Positions 10,095-17,933 of a stretch of DNA of 64,000 nucleotides are shown here, one piece after another. Location: NCBI GenBank assembly GCA_035911175.1, contig JAMHWA010000018.1, positions 73,500-137,499 of the forward strand, in the 5' to 3' direction. The notes under the pieces are model-generated. The model saw only the letters and a list, made by a program, of their open reading frames with translations. It made no database searches and was not told the DNA's origin. Within the stretch, counting starts at the first letter, position 1. Each line of letters opens with the position of its first letter. The position numbers were made by a program, and so were the translations under genes. This DNA comes from Alphaproteobacteria bacterium. Its GTDB lineage: Bacteria; Pseudomonadota; Alphaproteobacteria; Rickettsiales; UBA3002.

Positions 10095-10169
10095 TCATGA
10101 TGGTGCGGATATCCGCCTCATTAACATTAATGACACTGAAGTCGTTCAAAAGCAAGAAGGAATTAACAG

Positions 10170-10343
10170 ATGGCTACCAATCCCCCCAAAAATGACGGAC
10201 ACCGCAATGGCGCAGTCCGTGATCGTACTCAAACGCAAACCCCGTCCGGTAACTGGGTTAAACGTGACAGTGACAACGGTCGCTTCATGGATGTGAAGAC
10301 AAGCTCCAAAACGCCGTTCAAGGGCGTTACGAAGGAGAAATAA
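10170..10343 (+). CDS. Small basic protein, 57 aa (below the ORF-track cutoff)
   Basis: Translated by hand: MATNPPKNDGHRNGAVRDRTQTQTPSGNWVKRDSDNGRFMDVKTSSKTPFKGVTKEK. SD AAGGA lies 8 nt upstream; the stop overlaps the cyclase start (TAATG). Confidence 0.45.
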   Translation: MATNPPKNDGHRNGAVRDRTQTQTPSGNWVKRDSDNGRFMDVKTSSKTPFKGVTKEK

Positions 10344-11590
10344 TGTCCAGCCCATTCAGCCCAAATCTCGACGACATGTTTTTGGATATCGCTACAGCTA
10401 TTGAGCTGAGCACCAACGACCGACAGGTCGTCGAATCCCGTTACCGTCAGTTAAAGACCCATTTGGAACGCCCGGGAAGTCCCTTGGCAGAATTTTTGAC
10501 CGACGATGAAGGTCACATCTACCCGCAAGGCTCAATTGCCGCAGGCACAGCAGTAGCCTATGGCACTAAGGATGACCGATTCGACCTAGATGCTCTAGTC
10601 GAGCTGAAGGTCCCATCGGGCTGGACTCCTAAAAAGGGACTCGACCTTCTGTACGAAGCATTGAAGGATTTCCCCGGCGCTCAGAAAGTGACGCGCTGCA
10701 CCCGCTGTGTTCAAATTCAGTTTGCATTCATGCACATGGATGTAACCATCATGGACCCAGCGAAAGGACAGCGCGCTGAGCGAGTGGGTGAAATCTTTCA
10801 TAGCGCCGACAATGGCGAGCAAAAGGTCGTTCCAGCCAATCCGTATGGATTTTCGCAATGGATTCGTGCCAGCGTTCAACCGGGTTCGCAGCAATTTAGG
10901 GAAATACTCAACGAGCGCCGTCAAAGCAACGGCATCGATCGTCTTTACACTCCCGAAATGGCGAAGTTCGCTGAGGACACAAAGCAAGACGACCTTCCCC
11001 CAGTATTGCCGCCACGCATGGATTCCGAACAGATTGTTGCACTGAAGCTGATGAAGCGTTTTCTGAGTCTACGGAATGAAGAGCGTTCTGGTCGTCGCGT
11101 ACCATCGATTTACGTGTCGAAGCTAGCAATCGACGTTGGTCCATCTTCAGATGGGCTGACATCGCAAGTGTTGGCATTGGCTATGTATATCAAGGAAGAG
11201 ATGCGCCAAAACATTGCTACACGGACATTCCCTGATGAACGGAATCCGACATATGCTAAAGACAAACTGAACGATCGCTGGCCCACCTCGTTGGACGACA
11301 TGAAAATCCTTGTCACTGACATGGACCACTTGATCGACCAAGTTGAGCACGCCAAGGAATCCGACTTTAAAGGTATTAAAAAAATCTTCGAAGGATTGTT
11401 CGGTGAAACCATTGCAACACGTTCCGTTGATGCGTTCTTGCAGCGCGAGTCATCTTCGCAGACTGGCAACGGACGAGCCTTCGTTAAAGGCGCTGGCACG
11501 GTGTTGGCCGCAAGCACATTCGCTGCACCAGCGATTGCAAAAGCCCTTGCTCAGGTGCCGAGTCATAACTTTCACTGTGACGAGCAGTGA
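10343..11590 (+). CDS. CD-NTase (cGAS/DncV-like nucleotidyltransferase, SMODS) of CBASS
   Basis: Pol-beta NTase signature QGSIAAGTAV..(10)..DDRFDLDALVEL plus a third acidic HMDVTIMD; strong SD AAGGAG 5 nt upstream; operon with E2 and patatin. Confidence 0.8.
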   Translation: MSSPFSPNLDDMFLDIATAIELSTNDRQVVESRYRQLKTHLERPGSPLAEFLTDDEGHIYPQGSIAAGTAVAYGTKDDRFDLDALVELKVPSGWTPKKGLDLLYEALKDFPGAQKVTRCTRCVQIQFAFMHMDVTIMDPAKGQRAERVGEIFHSADNGEQKVVPANPYGFSQWIRASVQPGSQQFREILNERRQSNGIDRLYTPEMAKFAEDTKQDDLPPVLPPRMDSEQIVALKLMKRFLSLRNEERSGRRVPSIYVSKLAIDVGPSSDGLTSQVLALAMYIKEEMRQNIATRTFPDERNPTYAKDKLNDRWPTSLDDMKILVTDMDHLIDQVEHAKESDFKGIKKIFEGLFGETIATRSVDAFLQRESSSQTGNGRAFVKGAGTVLAASTFAAPAIAKALAQVPSHNFHCDEQ

Positions 11591-12081
11591 AAGGGCTCCC
11601 CCATCACAATCGACCCCGCAGCATCGGCGCACAAATTGCAAGAATGCGGGGAGCATGGCCTGACTTCGAGGTGATACGGTCCGGCAAGAATTACGCTGTC
11701 TGGCACGGCACGCTTAGAGGATTCCAACGGGCGTATAAGGTCGGAGTATACTGGCATACTGACGGGGATGTAGCGCAGCCAAGAGTATGGCTAATCTCAC
11801 CACGCTTGGCTCCAAGAGAAGGCGGAACCTTTGAAGAAATTCCGCACCTGATCTTCAACAATGCCGATGCTGTGAGATCCGATTTGTGTCTCTATGACCC
11901 TGAAGGCAAGGAATGGTCCTCCAATGACCTGATTGCTGATACGACTATCCCTTGGGCAGCTAGTTGGTTACGTTATTACGAATTATGGCATTACGATGGA
12001 AAATGGAGAGGTGGCGGTGTCGGACCCGAGTCAGTTGCCGAAGCGCGGCGAGCAGCTATTCACAGAGCGCCGGAAGAATAG
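11587..12081 (+). CDS. E2 (UBC-fold) ubiquitin-conjugating-like protein, E2-only (type II-short CBASS accessory)
   Basis: UBC-like layout AVWHGTLRGFQRAYKVGVYW...PRVWLISP...IPHLIFN...SDLCLYDPEGKEW with candidate catalytic Cys101 (11887-11889); GTG start overlaps the cyclase stop (GTGA). Confidence 0.7.
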   Translation: MKGLPHHNRPRSIGAQIARMRGAWPDFEVIRSGKNYAVWHGTLRGFQRAYKVGVYWHTDGDVAQPRVWLISPRLAPREGGTFEEIPHLIFNNADAVRSDLCLYDPEGKEWSSNDLIADTTIPWAASWLRYYELWHYDGKWRGGGVGPESVAEARRAAIHRAPEE

Positions 12082-12097
12082 CTTGCCGACGCGGCGA

Positions 12098-13087
12098 ATG
12101 AAGCAGCCGTGGGACAAGAACCGGCCATTTAAAATACTCTCTCTCGATGGAGGCGGCATTCGCGGTCTTTACGGTGCAGCAATACTTGCGCGCGCTGAAG
12201 CTGAAATTACAAATGGTCGCCCTATAGCATCGTTCTTCGACATGATTGCAGGCACCTCAACCGGCGGCATCATCGCGCTTGGTCTCGGGCTTGGCGTTCC
12301 TGCGTCACGAATTGAAAAGCTCTACAAAGAAGACGGCGGCAAAATCTTCCCTCAAAAACGGTGGTGGCGTATACCTATATGGCCCGGCAAAACAGTGAAG
12401 AACATTCATCACCTCGTAGCACCTTTATACAGCTACAAGGCCCTTGAAGAGCAACTATACGCTGAATTTGCAGACCATAAACTAGGCGATTCGCAATGCC
12501 GCCTTATTATCCCGGCGTTCTTATCACCCGATGCAGAGATAACAGTATTTAAAACAGATCATCATCCTGACTTCAAAAACGATTGGAAATCGACCGCATG
12601 GGAAGTCGGTAGAGCTACATCAGCTGCGCCTACTTATCTTGGCGGGCATTGCTATGAAGATAAAATTTTTCTCGATGGCGGAGTTTGGGCGAACAATCCC
12701 ATTATGGTGGCAATAGTTGATGCTTTATCTTGCTACGATATTTCGGTTGATCAGATTCAAGTATTTTCTATCGGGACTGGAAACTTCCCATTTAAGACTG
12801 CATTAACGGCTGCAAAGCGCGGATTATGGGGATGGCGTGCGGTTATTAAAGCAGCAATGTATTTAACCACTGACAATGCTATGGCGCAGGCCTGCTTGTT
12901 ACTCGGACCCGAGCGAATCCTTCGCCTTGAACCGCCTAAAAACACAAGCAATATAGAAATGGATGACTGGCTCAGTGCGACCAAGGTATTCCCAGAATTA
13001 GCTGAGAATCATTTTATCGAAAATCGTGCATCCATAGCCAAATTTTTCGAAGCTACCGTTCCAGCACGTGAAAAAATTTATTCATAA
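12098..13087 (+). CDS. capV: Patatin-like phospholipase effector (CapV-like)
   Basis: DGGGIRG oxyanion motif, GTSTGG nucleophile elbow, DGGVWANNP catalytic Asp. The track ORF starts at 11933 inside the E2 gene; ATG at 12098 (17 nt after the E2 stop) is preferred. Confidence 0.85.
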   Translation: MKQPWDKNRPFKILSLDGGGIRGLYGAAILARAEAEITNGRPIASFFDMIAGTSTGGIIALGLGLGVPASRIEKLYKEDGGKIFPQKRWWRIPIWPGKTVKNIHHLVAPLYSYKALEEQLYAEFADHKLGDSQCRLIIPAFLSPDAEITVFKTDHHPDFKNDWKSTAWEVGRATSAAPTYLGGHCYEDKIFLDGGVWANNPIMVAIVDALSCYDISVDQIQVFSIGTGNFPFKTALTAAKRGLWGWRAVIKAAMYLTTDNAMAQACLLLGPERILRLEPPKNTSNIEMDDWLSATKVFPELAENHFIENRASIAKFFEATVPAREKIYS

Positions 13088-13356
13088 TAATTCGAATAAT
13101 TGACCCCGACTTCACGGCATGATTAAATCCTTGCTGGAACAAGACATTGTGTCGAGTTCCGGGGCTTAAGAACCCCTCGATTAGCGGCTGGTACCAGCCG
13201 TAATGGTGCCTCCTCTGCCTTATGGTCGGGGAGGCATTGGCGCATGTCCAGGCCTCACGGCTAAAGGCCAATGCGGTCGTCTAATCGCGGCTTCTTAACT
13301 CCCCGGTCACCCGCAGTAATGCTGGTGACCGTTCACCGCAACGAAGGGAGTTAGGT
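13088..13356 (+). ncRNA. Candidate structured RNA / 5' leader (no credible ORF)
   Basis: Stack of hairpins: 13152-13180; 13185-13200 (CGGCTG-GTAC-CAGCCG); 13207-13213/13230-13236; 13235-13241/13267-13273; 13305-13311/13324-13330. A 10-bp helix 13294-13303/13346-13355 covers the SD of the next gene. Confidence 0.3.
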
Positions 13357-13758
13357 ATGGATTCCAAAGGAATAAACGGAAGACGCATCGTAAGGTGGGT
13401 GTTTATTGGATGTGCAGTAATGCTGGCGCGCTACATTATCGACGGACCAATGCCTACTTCGACTACCCCACAGACACCACATCACCTAATCGAACAATTC
13501 GGCGAGCGACCGCATTCATCAGATTGGGGCAAGGCTTATCAAGAGGTACGTGACTATATTGAATTGCGGGCAAAAGATCCCGATAGCATTCAATTCGAGC
13601 GTTGTACGGAGGTACGGCAGACCAAACAAGGTTGGCTCGTTGGCTGTGTATTTCGCGGTAACAATTCTTTTGGGGGCAAAACTCTAGACGGTGGCTGGTA
13701 TACGATACGATATGGACAAGTGGTTAGAGAAGAGCCGCTTTCAGCCCACAAGATTTAG
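13357..13758 (+). CDS. Hypothetical membrane-anchored/exported small protein
   Basis: N-terminal hydrophobic segment WVFIGCAVMLARYII; SD GGGAG upstream; C-terminal DPDSIQFERC...GNNSFGGKT motif common in small periplasmic proteins. Confidence 0.6.
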   Translation: MDSKGINGRRIVRWVFIGCAVMLARYIIDGPMPTSTTPQTPHHLIEQFGERPHSSDWGKAYQEVRDYIELRAKDPDSIQFERCTEVRQTKQGWLVGCVFRGNNSFGGKTLDGGWYTIRYGQVVREEPLSAHKI

Positions 13759-13781
13759 TTAACGTACTTTAGGAAAACAAT

Positions 13782-14138
13782 ATGAGAAAGCTCCTCATCC
13801 TGACGCTTGCACTCACCGGCTGCGTCGGCCCCGACTACTGGGATCGCAAGGAACCTTGGCAACGCGAAGTGTTCAATCGACCCGCAGCAGCACTATCCCA
13901 ATGTGTATCGCAAGCGCAGGGCGGGCGTCCCATTTCGCGTGAACCCGGCTCGAACATTTACATCATCAAAATCATCGGGGGCGGGGCAGTCCAATCAGAA
14001 ATGGCGCGGGCCGTGTTCCGCGATTTAGGCAATCGGACTGAAGTCACTACCTACGGCATAACCCCCGCGTTCCGCGATATGCCCATCTATTCGACAGACT
14101 TCATGAACGCGGCACGGAGTTGTGGACGAACACGCTAG
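13782..14138 (+). CDS. Hypothetical lipoprotein
   Basis: Signal peptide with lipobox LALTGC; SD-like AGGAAAA upstream. Confidence 0.65.
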   Translation: MRKLLILTLALTGCVGPDYWDRKEPWQREVFNRPAAALSQCVSQAQGGRPISREPGSNIYIIKIIGGGAVQSEMARAVFRDLGNRTEVTTYGITPAFRDMPIYSTDFMNAARSCGRTR

Positions 14139-14162
14139 TGATATGCCACACTTAATCGTAAA

Positions 14163-14549
14163 CTAAGTACTTAATCCTTCCACACATATGTTGAAGTAAA
14201 GGCCATAGGAGTGAGGAATTGGCTCGAATCTAAAGCCACAGTGAATTGCTGCCGCTATGAACGCGCCTGTGCTTGTATACCCAATGTCTTTCTCGGCTAT
14301 ATGCTTCAAAGTATAATCACCGTATTTACGTGACATTCCCTCGGTTTTGTTTCTGCCCCTCAACCATGAACAAGCCCTCTCAAACTGCTCTGTATTATTT
14401 ATTAAGGCTTTTTGCTCCTTCGTGAATTGCTGCTTGTACTCATCATCGGAGAGCTTCCTACCCAAAGGTAAGCCTACTCCCACGTTAGTAAGCTCTGGCA
14501 ATCGTTTGAGAACTTTTTTTATAGCTTCCTTGCTCATGTTCTTCCTCAT
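14163..14549 (-). CDS. Hypothetical protein (128 aa) co-oriented with and 4 nt downstream of the integrase
   Basis: ORF track only; no recognisable motif. Confidence 0.5.
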   Translation of the reverse strand: MRKNMSKEAIKKVLKRLPELTNVGVGLPLGRKLSDDEYKQQFTKEQKALINNTEQFERACSWLRGRNKTEGMSRKYGDYTLKHIAEKDIGYTSTGAFIAAAIHCGFRFEPIPHSYGLYFNICVEGLST

Positions 14550-14553
14550 ACAG

Positions 14554-15798
14554 TTATAGAATTGGTTGGGGGTTAAACGCTTCTCGAAGTTTTTCTAATG
14601 CATGCTGTCCATCACCGACGGCATGGGTGTAGTAGGATAACGTCACAGCAGGATTGGAGTGACCAGCAAACCTAGCTACCATTGCCACCGCAACGCCACG
14701 TGCTTGTAGCGTTGAGATGAAGCTATGACGTGCGCTATGCGGGGTAACATAAGGGATGCCGAGCTTCGCAATCTTCTCAAATGCCGGAACCCAGATTCGC
14801 TTGCGGAAATTAACATACAGCATCGGATTGCCCCCCACCTGCGGACAGGGCCATTGGCTCTTCTTGCCATAGCCCGGAAATACCAATTTAAGTTCACCAT
14901 CTTTGCGCGGGCAACGTTCCCTCCAGTCGAGCAATGCATCACGCAGGTCACTCCACAGCGGTATTTCACGCATACCTGCCTCGGTCTTTGTGAAGTTGGT
15001 AATGGTGCCATCGCGCTCAAGCATTCGACTGATGGTTATAAACCCACCTTCAAAGTCGATATCCTGCCAATGCAAGGCTAGCTGCTCTGACGGACGTGTG
15101 CCTGCCATGAACGGGAACGCGTAATAGATACCCCAACGCTTGTCCTTTTTGGCCTCTCGGAGCAGCAAGGCAATCTGCTCGGGGGGCAGTATAGCTCTCT
15201 TCTCTTTACGCTTTCCTCGCCCTAGCTGCACCGGCATTGCAGGTGGCCGGAGACTATGATCCTCTGCTGCTAAAGCGAGAATTGTTTTTAGCCGTTGCAT
15301 CGAACGACGAGCCGAATAGCTACCAACCATCTCGGACAGCTGACGATGCCATGTCCGTATATCAGCAGTGGTCAACTCGCTAATTTTGATATGGCCCAAC
15401 ATAGGAATCAATTCGCACCCCTGGGGTAGTTGATGACCTATTGTATATACCATGCGCTGCTCTGGCGTACCCTTGAGCAGGGGGCCGACGATGTAATTGA
15501 GGTAGCAAGCATAGCCGCGCAAAGTCATCTTCTTGATTTCAGTGCTGCGGTTGGCAATCCAATAATCGTATGCGTCAGCAACCGTTAGACTGCTCTTCTC
15601 CGCAGTATAGGTGCCCTTTTGAAACTCAATCAGCAATTGCCGCTGTAAAGCTTGCGCCTCCTTTTGCAGTTTGCAGAAACGCTGTACCCTACCGCCCGTC
15701 TTCGGATCGTGATAACTAACAACATAACGTAGTAATATTTTGCTCGAACCGTTGCGCTGTTTGCGTTTGATTGGGCGTTTGTTGATATTGACGTTCAT
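14554..15798 (-). CDS. int: Tyrosine recombinase / phage-type integrase
   Basis: C-terminal catalytic region TPHSARHSFISTL...AGHSNPAVTLSYYTH (R..HxxR..Y). ATG at 15798 is preferred over GTG at 15804 on SD spacing (AAGGAG 9 nt upstream). Confidence 0.9.
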   Translation of the reverse strand: MNVNINKRPIKRKQRNGSSKILLRYVVSYHDPKTGGRVQRFCKLQKEAQALQRQLLIEFQKGTYTAEKSSLTVADAYDYWIANRSTEIKKMTLRGYACYLNYIVGPLLKGTPEQRMVYTIGHQLPQGCELIPMLGHIKISELTTADIRTWHRQLSEMVGSYSARRSMQRLKTILALAAEDHSLRPPAMPVQLGRGKRKEKRAILPPEQIALLLREAKKDKRWGIYYAFPFMAGTRPSEQLALHWQDIDFEGGFITISRMLERDGTITNFTKTEAGMREIPLWSDLRDALLDWRERCPRKDGELKLVFPGYGKKSQWPCPQVGGNPMLYVNFRKRIWVPAFEKIAKLGIPYVTPHSARHSFISTLQARGVAVAMVARFAGHSNPAVTLSYYTHAVGDGQHALEKLREAFNPQPIL

Positions 15799-16155
15799 AT
15801 GCACGGTCTCCTTTGACTTCTGTCGCCACAGGAAAACACGAGAGATACATCCTTAACAATTTTCCGAATGTGCAATGCACACACAGAAGTAACCACAGGT
15901 GGTCCAAAGCCCGAAGGACCGCCTCCATCTTCACTCGACTTCACGCCTAACAAGGTAGAGGTCACTGTTTCGATTTGTTCATTCATCTTAAAGTACCTTT
16001 GTAACTATAATTACCTGATCCAATTCCTAGCGGGTCTTGCGGCTTTTTTGCCTTCTCGGCTTTCTTCATTTTTTTTAACCCCCATACAAAGTTGTATGAG
16101 AGAAAAAGAGATAAAGAATTTTAGAAAACCATTTTAGTCGCTAGACCCGCTAGAA

Positions 16156-16710
16156 CTATTTCTTTCGAGCAAGATAATAGGGAAATTGAGTGAGATGTTT
16201 CATGTTGGAGTCACGCTGATACTGGTAGATATAATCTATCGGGATGAAAGTGCATCTTTGGGAGCCAGTGCCCGAACCCGCGAAATGACGAGGGTTGTGC
16301 TTGCTAGCCCCATTTATATTTAACAGGCTATGTCTCCACAACCCACCAGCCCAAAGAGTGTTGTCAAACAGCGCGTCAAGACCGGGGTGGTTGTTGGCTA
16401 CTAGAATGCCTTCGTGCATTACCTTGAGGCCATAGTAATTGTTTAAAATGTATAGTTGATTTTTAGAACTCTTGAACCAAGAAGGATCTATGTTTCCTTG
16501 GTTCTTCTCGATATGATAGATGCAGTTAATTGCCATCGCCCCTAGAGACCATGATTCGTCATCAGTCCGATGCGTAGTATTGAGTATATGCTCTAAACAC
16601 GTGAGGGGTCGCTTGCTATTTTTCGCGATGTTTTGAAATGCGCTATATCCAAGATCGTCAATTAAATCGGACAGCAATTTTAAAGATTTTTTGTCGAATC
16701 TGTTTCTCAT
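16156..16710 (-). CDS. Hypothetical protein (184 aa from MRNRFDKK)
   Basis: The track ORF extends to 16770, but ATG at 16710 follows the upstream stop by 1 nt with GAGGAG upstream; AT-rich; no recognisable family. Confidence 0.5.
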   Translation of the reverse strand: MRNRFDKKSLKLLSDLIDDLGYSAFQNIAKNSKRPLTCLEHILNTTHRTDDESWSLGAMAINCIYHIEKNQGNIDPSWFKSSKNQLYILNNYYGLKVMHEGILVANNHPGLDALFDNTLWAGGLWRHSLLNINGASKHNPRHFAGSGTGSQRCTFIPIDYIYQYQRDSNMKHLTQFPYYLARKK

Positions 16711-16711
16711 A

Positions 16712-16924
16712 TTACTCCTCAATCCCCATCGCTTTGAAAACATCGCAGATGCGAATAAGCTTACGACCATTCTGCAATGTGGTTGATTTCACCAATCCTG
16801 CCTTAACAGCGCGCTGCAATTTTGGATAAGTGATGTCGGGTGATGCGATACAATCGACGACCGTTTGTATCGACATTGGTCTTTTTTCGAGGGGTAGAAC
16901 TTCTTTGAAATCGATCTCGCTCAT
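16712..16924 (-). CDS. Small hypothetical protein (70 aa), possible DNA-binding or excisionase-like partner
   Basis: AGGAG lies 8 nt upstream of the ATG; abuts the 184-aa gene; function not recognisable from sequence. Confidence 0.45.
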   Translation of the reverse strand: MSEIDFKEVLPLEKRPMSIQTVVDCIASPDITYPKLQRAVKAGLVKSTTLQNGRKLIRICDVFKAMGIEE

Positions 16925-17186
16925 GGGCGAACTCCTGTTCGAAAGTTGTGAAATACTTTTTCAAACCGGTCGCTGCTGGCCCGTATTCGATGCTGCAATC
17001 CGCCCCAGATCGCTGACTATTGGACTGCAGATCGGGGAGAGCTATGTCCCGATTCTTTCCTGCCCCCATCCAAGTCACAAAGAAAAAGTTTCTTAGCTCT
17101 AGCAGAAAATTATTGCCTTGAGACCCCTTGCAAGTCCGATAGGGGGTCTGGGGCCTAACCCATTGTTATTTAGGCACCTGAATTTA

Positions 17187-17933
17187 TCAAGCCGACAAGA
17201 CCAGATGCGCCGATGAGAAGCTAGACCAGTCAAAACCGTAGCGACGATGCGTATCATCTGCCGAAACGAATTCGATTCGTTCTTTTGAGATAAAGGTTTT
17301 CCAATGGCCTTTTGCGATGGGTTTATTGTTGGCGAAGGCTTCGACGCTAAATAGGCCAACATTCGCACCCTCGCTCGCTCGTGCAGAGAAGAATGTGAAA
17401 AACTCAATTCCCGCACCGCGCATTTCTGCCCCAAGCGGCTGAGAGGCGGCATACGACTTTGGATCGCTTATTTCTTCGCGCAACTTTTTGAAAGGCACTT
17501 CGGTAAGCTGAATACCAACATTCGTTTTGATGTGAACCTGAATATTCGTGAAACCAACTTCGGTTGGTGTTAACTTTGCGTCGGATGCGTTCCAATGAGT
17601 TAATTGTCGATAAGCAATTTCTGCCATTGCCGTTTCTAATTCCAAAGAAGCATAGAAAATACTTTGCTCATCTTGTCTTCCAAATCGCGTTCCATCTCTT
17701 AATGGCGGATAGCGAAATGGAGTGAACAGCAGGTAATCCAAGTTGCCCCTTGAATTATGATAAGGCGCAATTGGCTTACTCTCTTCAATGAGAGACTCTA
17801 GAACATCTTGCTCAGCTGTAGAATCCACCAGCTTTCTAGTGGCTATGTAATGCTGACTCTCGACAATCCGATAGGGCTTATAGTCTAGTTGCCTGATATA
17901 CCCTTTGCCACGAAGCTTAGTCCATAAGCTCAT
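17187..17933 (-). CDS. RES-domain toxin
   Basis: R/E/S context: DGTRFGRQ, FYASLELETAMAEIAY, FFSARASEGANVGLF; ATGA overlap with the upstream antitoxin. Confidence 0.8.
   Translation of the reverse strand: MSLWTKLRGKGYIRQLDYKPYRIVESQHYIATRKLVDSTAEQDVLESLIEESKPIAPYHNSRGNLDYLLFTPFRYPPLRDGTRFGRQDEQSIFYASLELETAMAEIAYRQLTHWNASDAKLTPTEVGFTNIQVHIKTNVGIQLTEVPFKKLREEISDPKSYAASQPLGAEMRGAGIEFFTFFSARASEGANVGLFSVEAFANNKPIAKGHWKTFISKERIEFVSADDTHRRYGFDWSSFSSAHLVLSA

Noticed and set aside
10078-10296. 72-aa ORF in the capW/CBASS spacer
   Set aside because: It starts upstream of the TATAAT box, lacks an SD, and overlaps the better-supported 57-aa ORF (10170-10343), which has an SD and is coupled to the cyclase.
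11933-12097. Track start of the patatin ORF, 149 nt inside the E2 gene
   Set aside because: The extension (MLIRLSLGQLVGYV...) lies in an alternate frame of the E2 gene and has no patatin homology. ATG at 12098 follows the E2 stop by 17 nt, and the conserved DGGGIRG motif begins 16 codons later.
13150-13275. Resemblance of GAGTTCCGGGG / GCTGGTACCAG / CACGGCTAAAGGCC to guanidine-I (ykkC) riboswitch segments
   Set aside because: Only short partial matches. The conserved GGUCCGAGAG and ACGGCGGGA..CCCGGGAG blocks are not present, and the downstream gene is not a typical ykkC-regulated transporter.
13088-16155. Internal degenerate copy of the tRNA-derived att repeat, which would indicate two tandem islands
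   Set aside because: I scanned the non-coding stretches 13088-13356, 14139-14162 and 15805-16155 by eye and saw no recognisable match to GTGAGGTCGGAAGTTCAACTCTTCCCGGACCCACCA.
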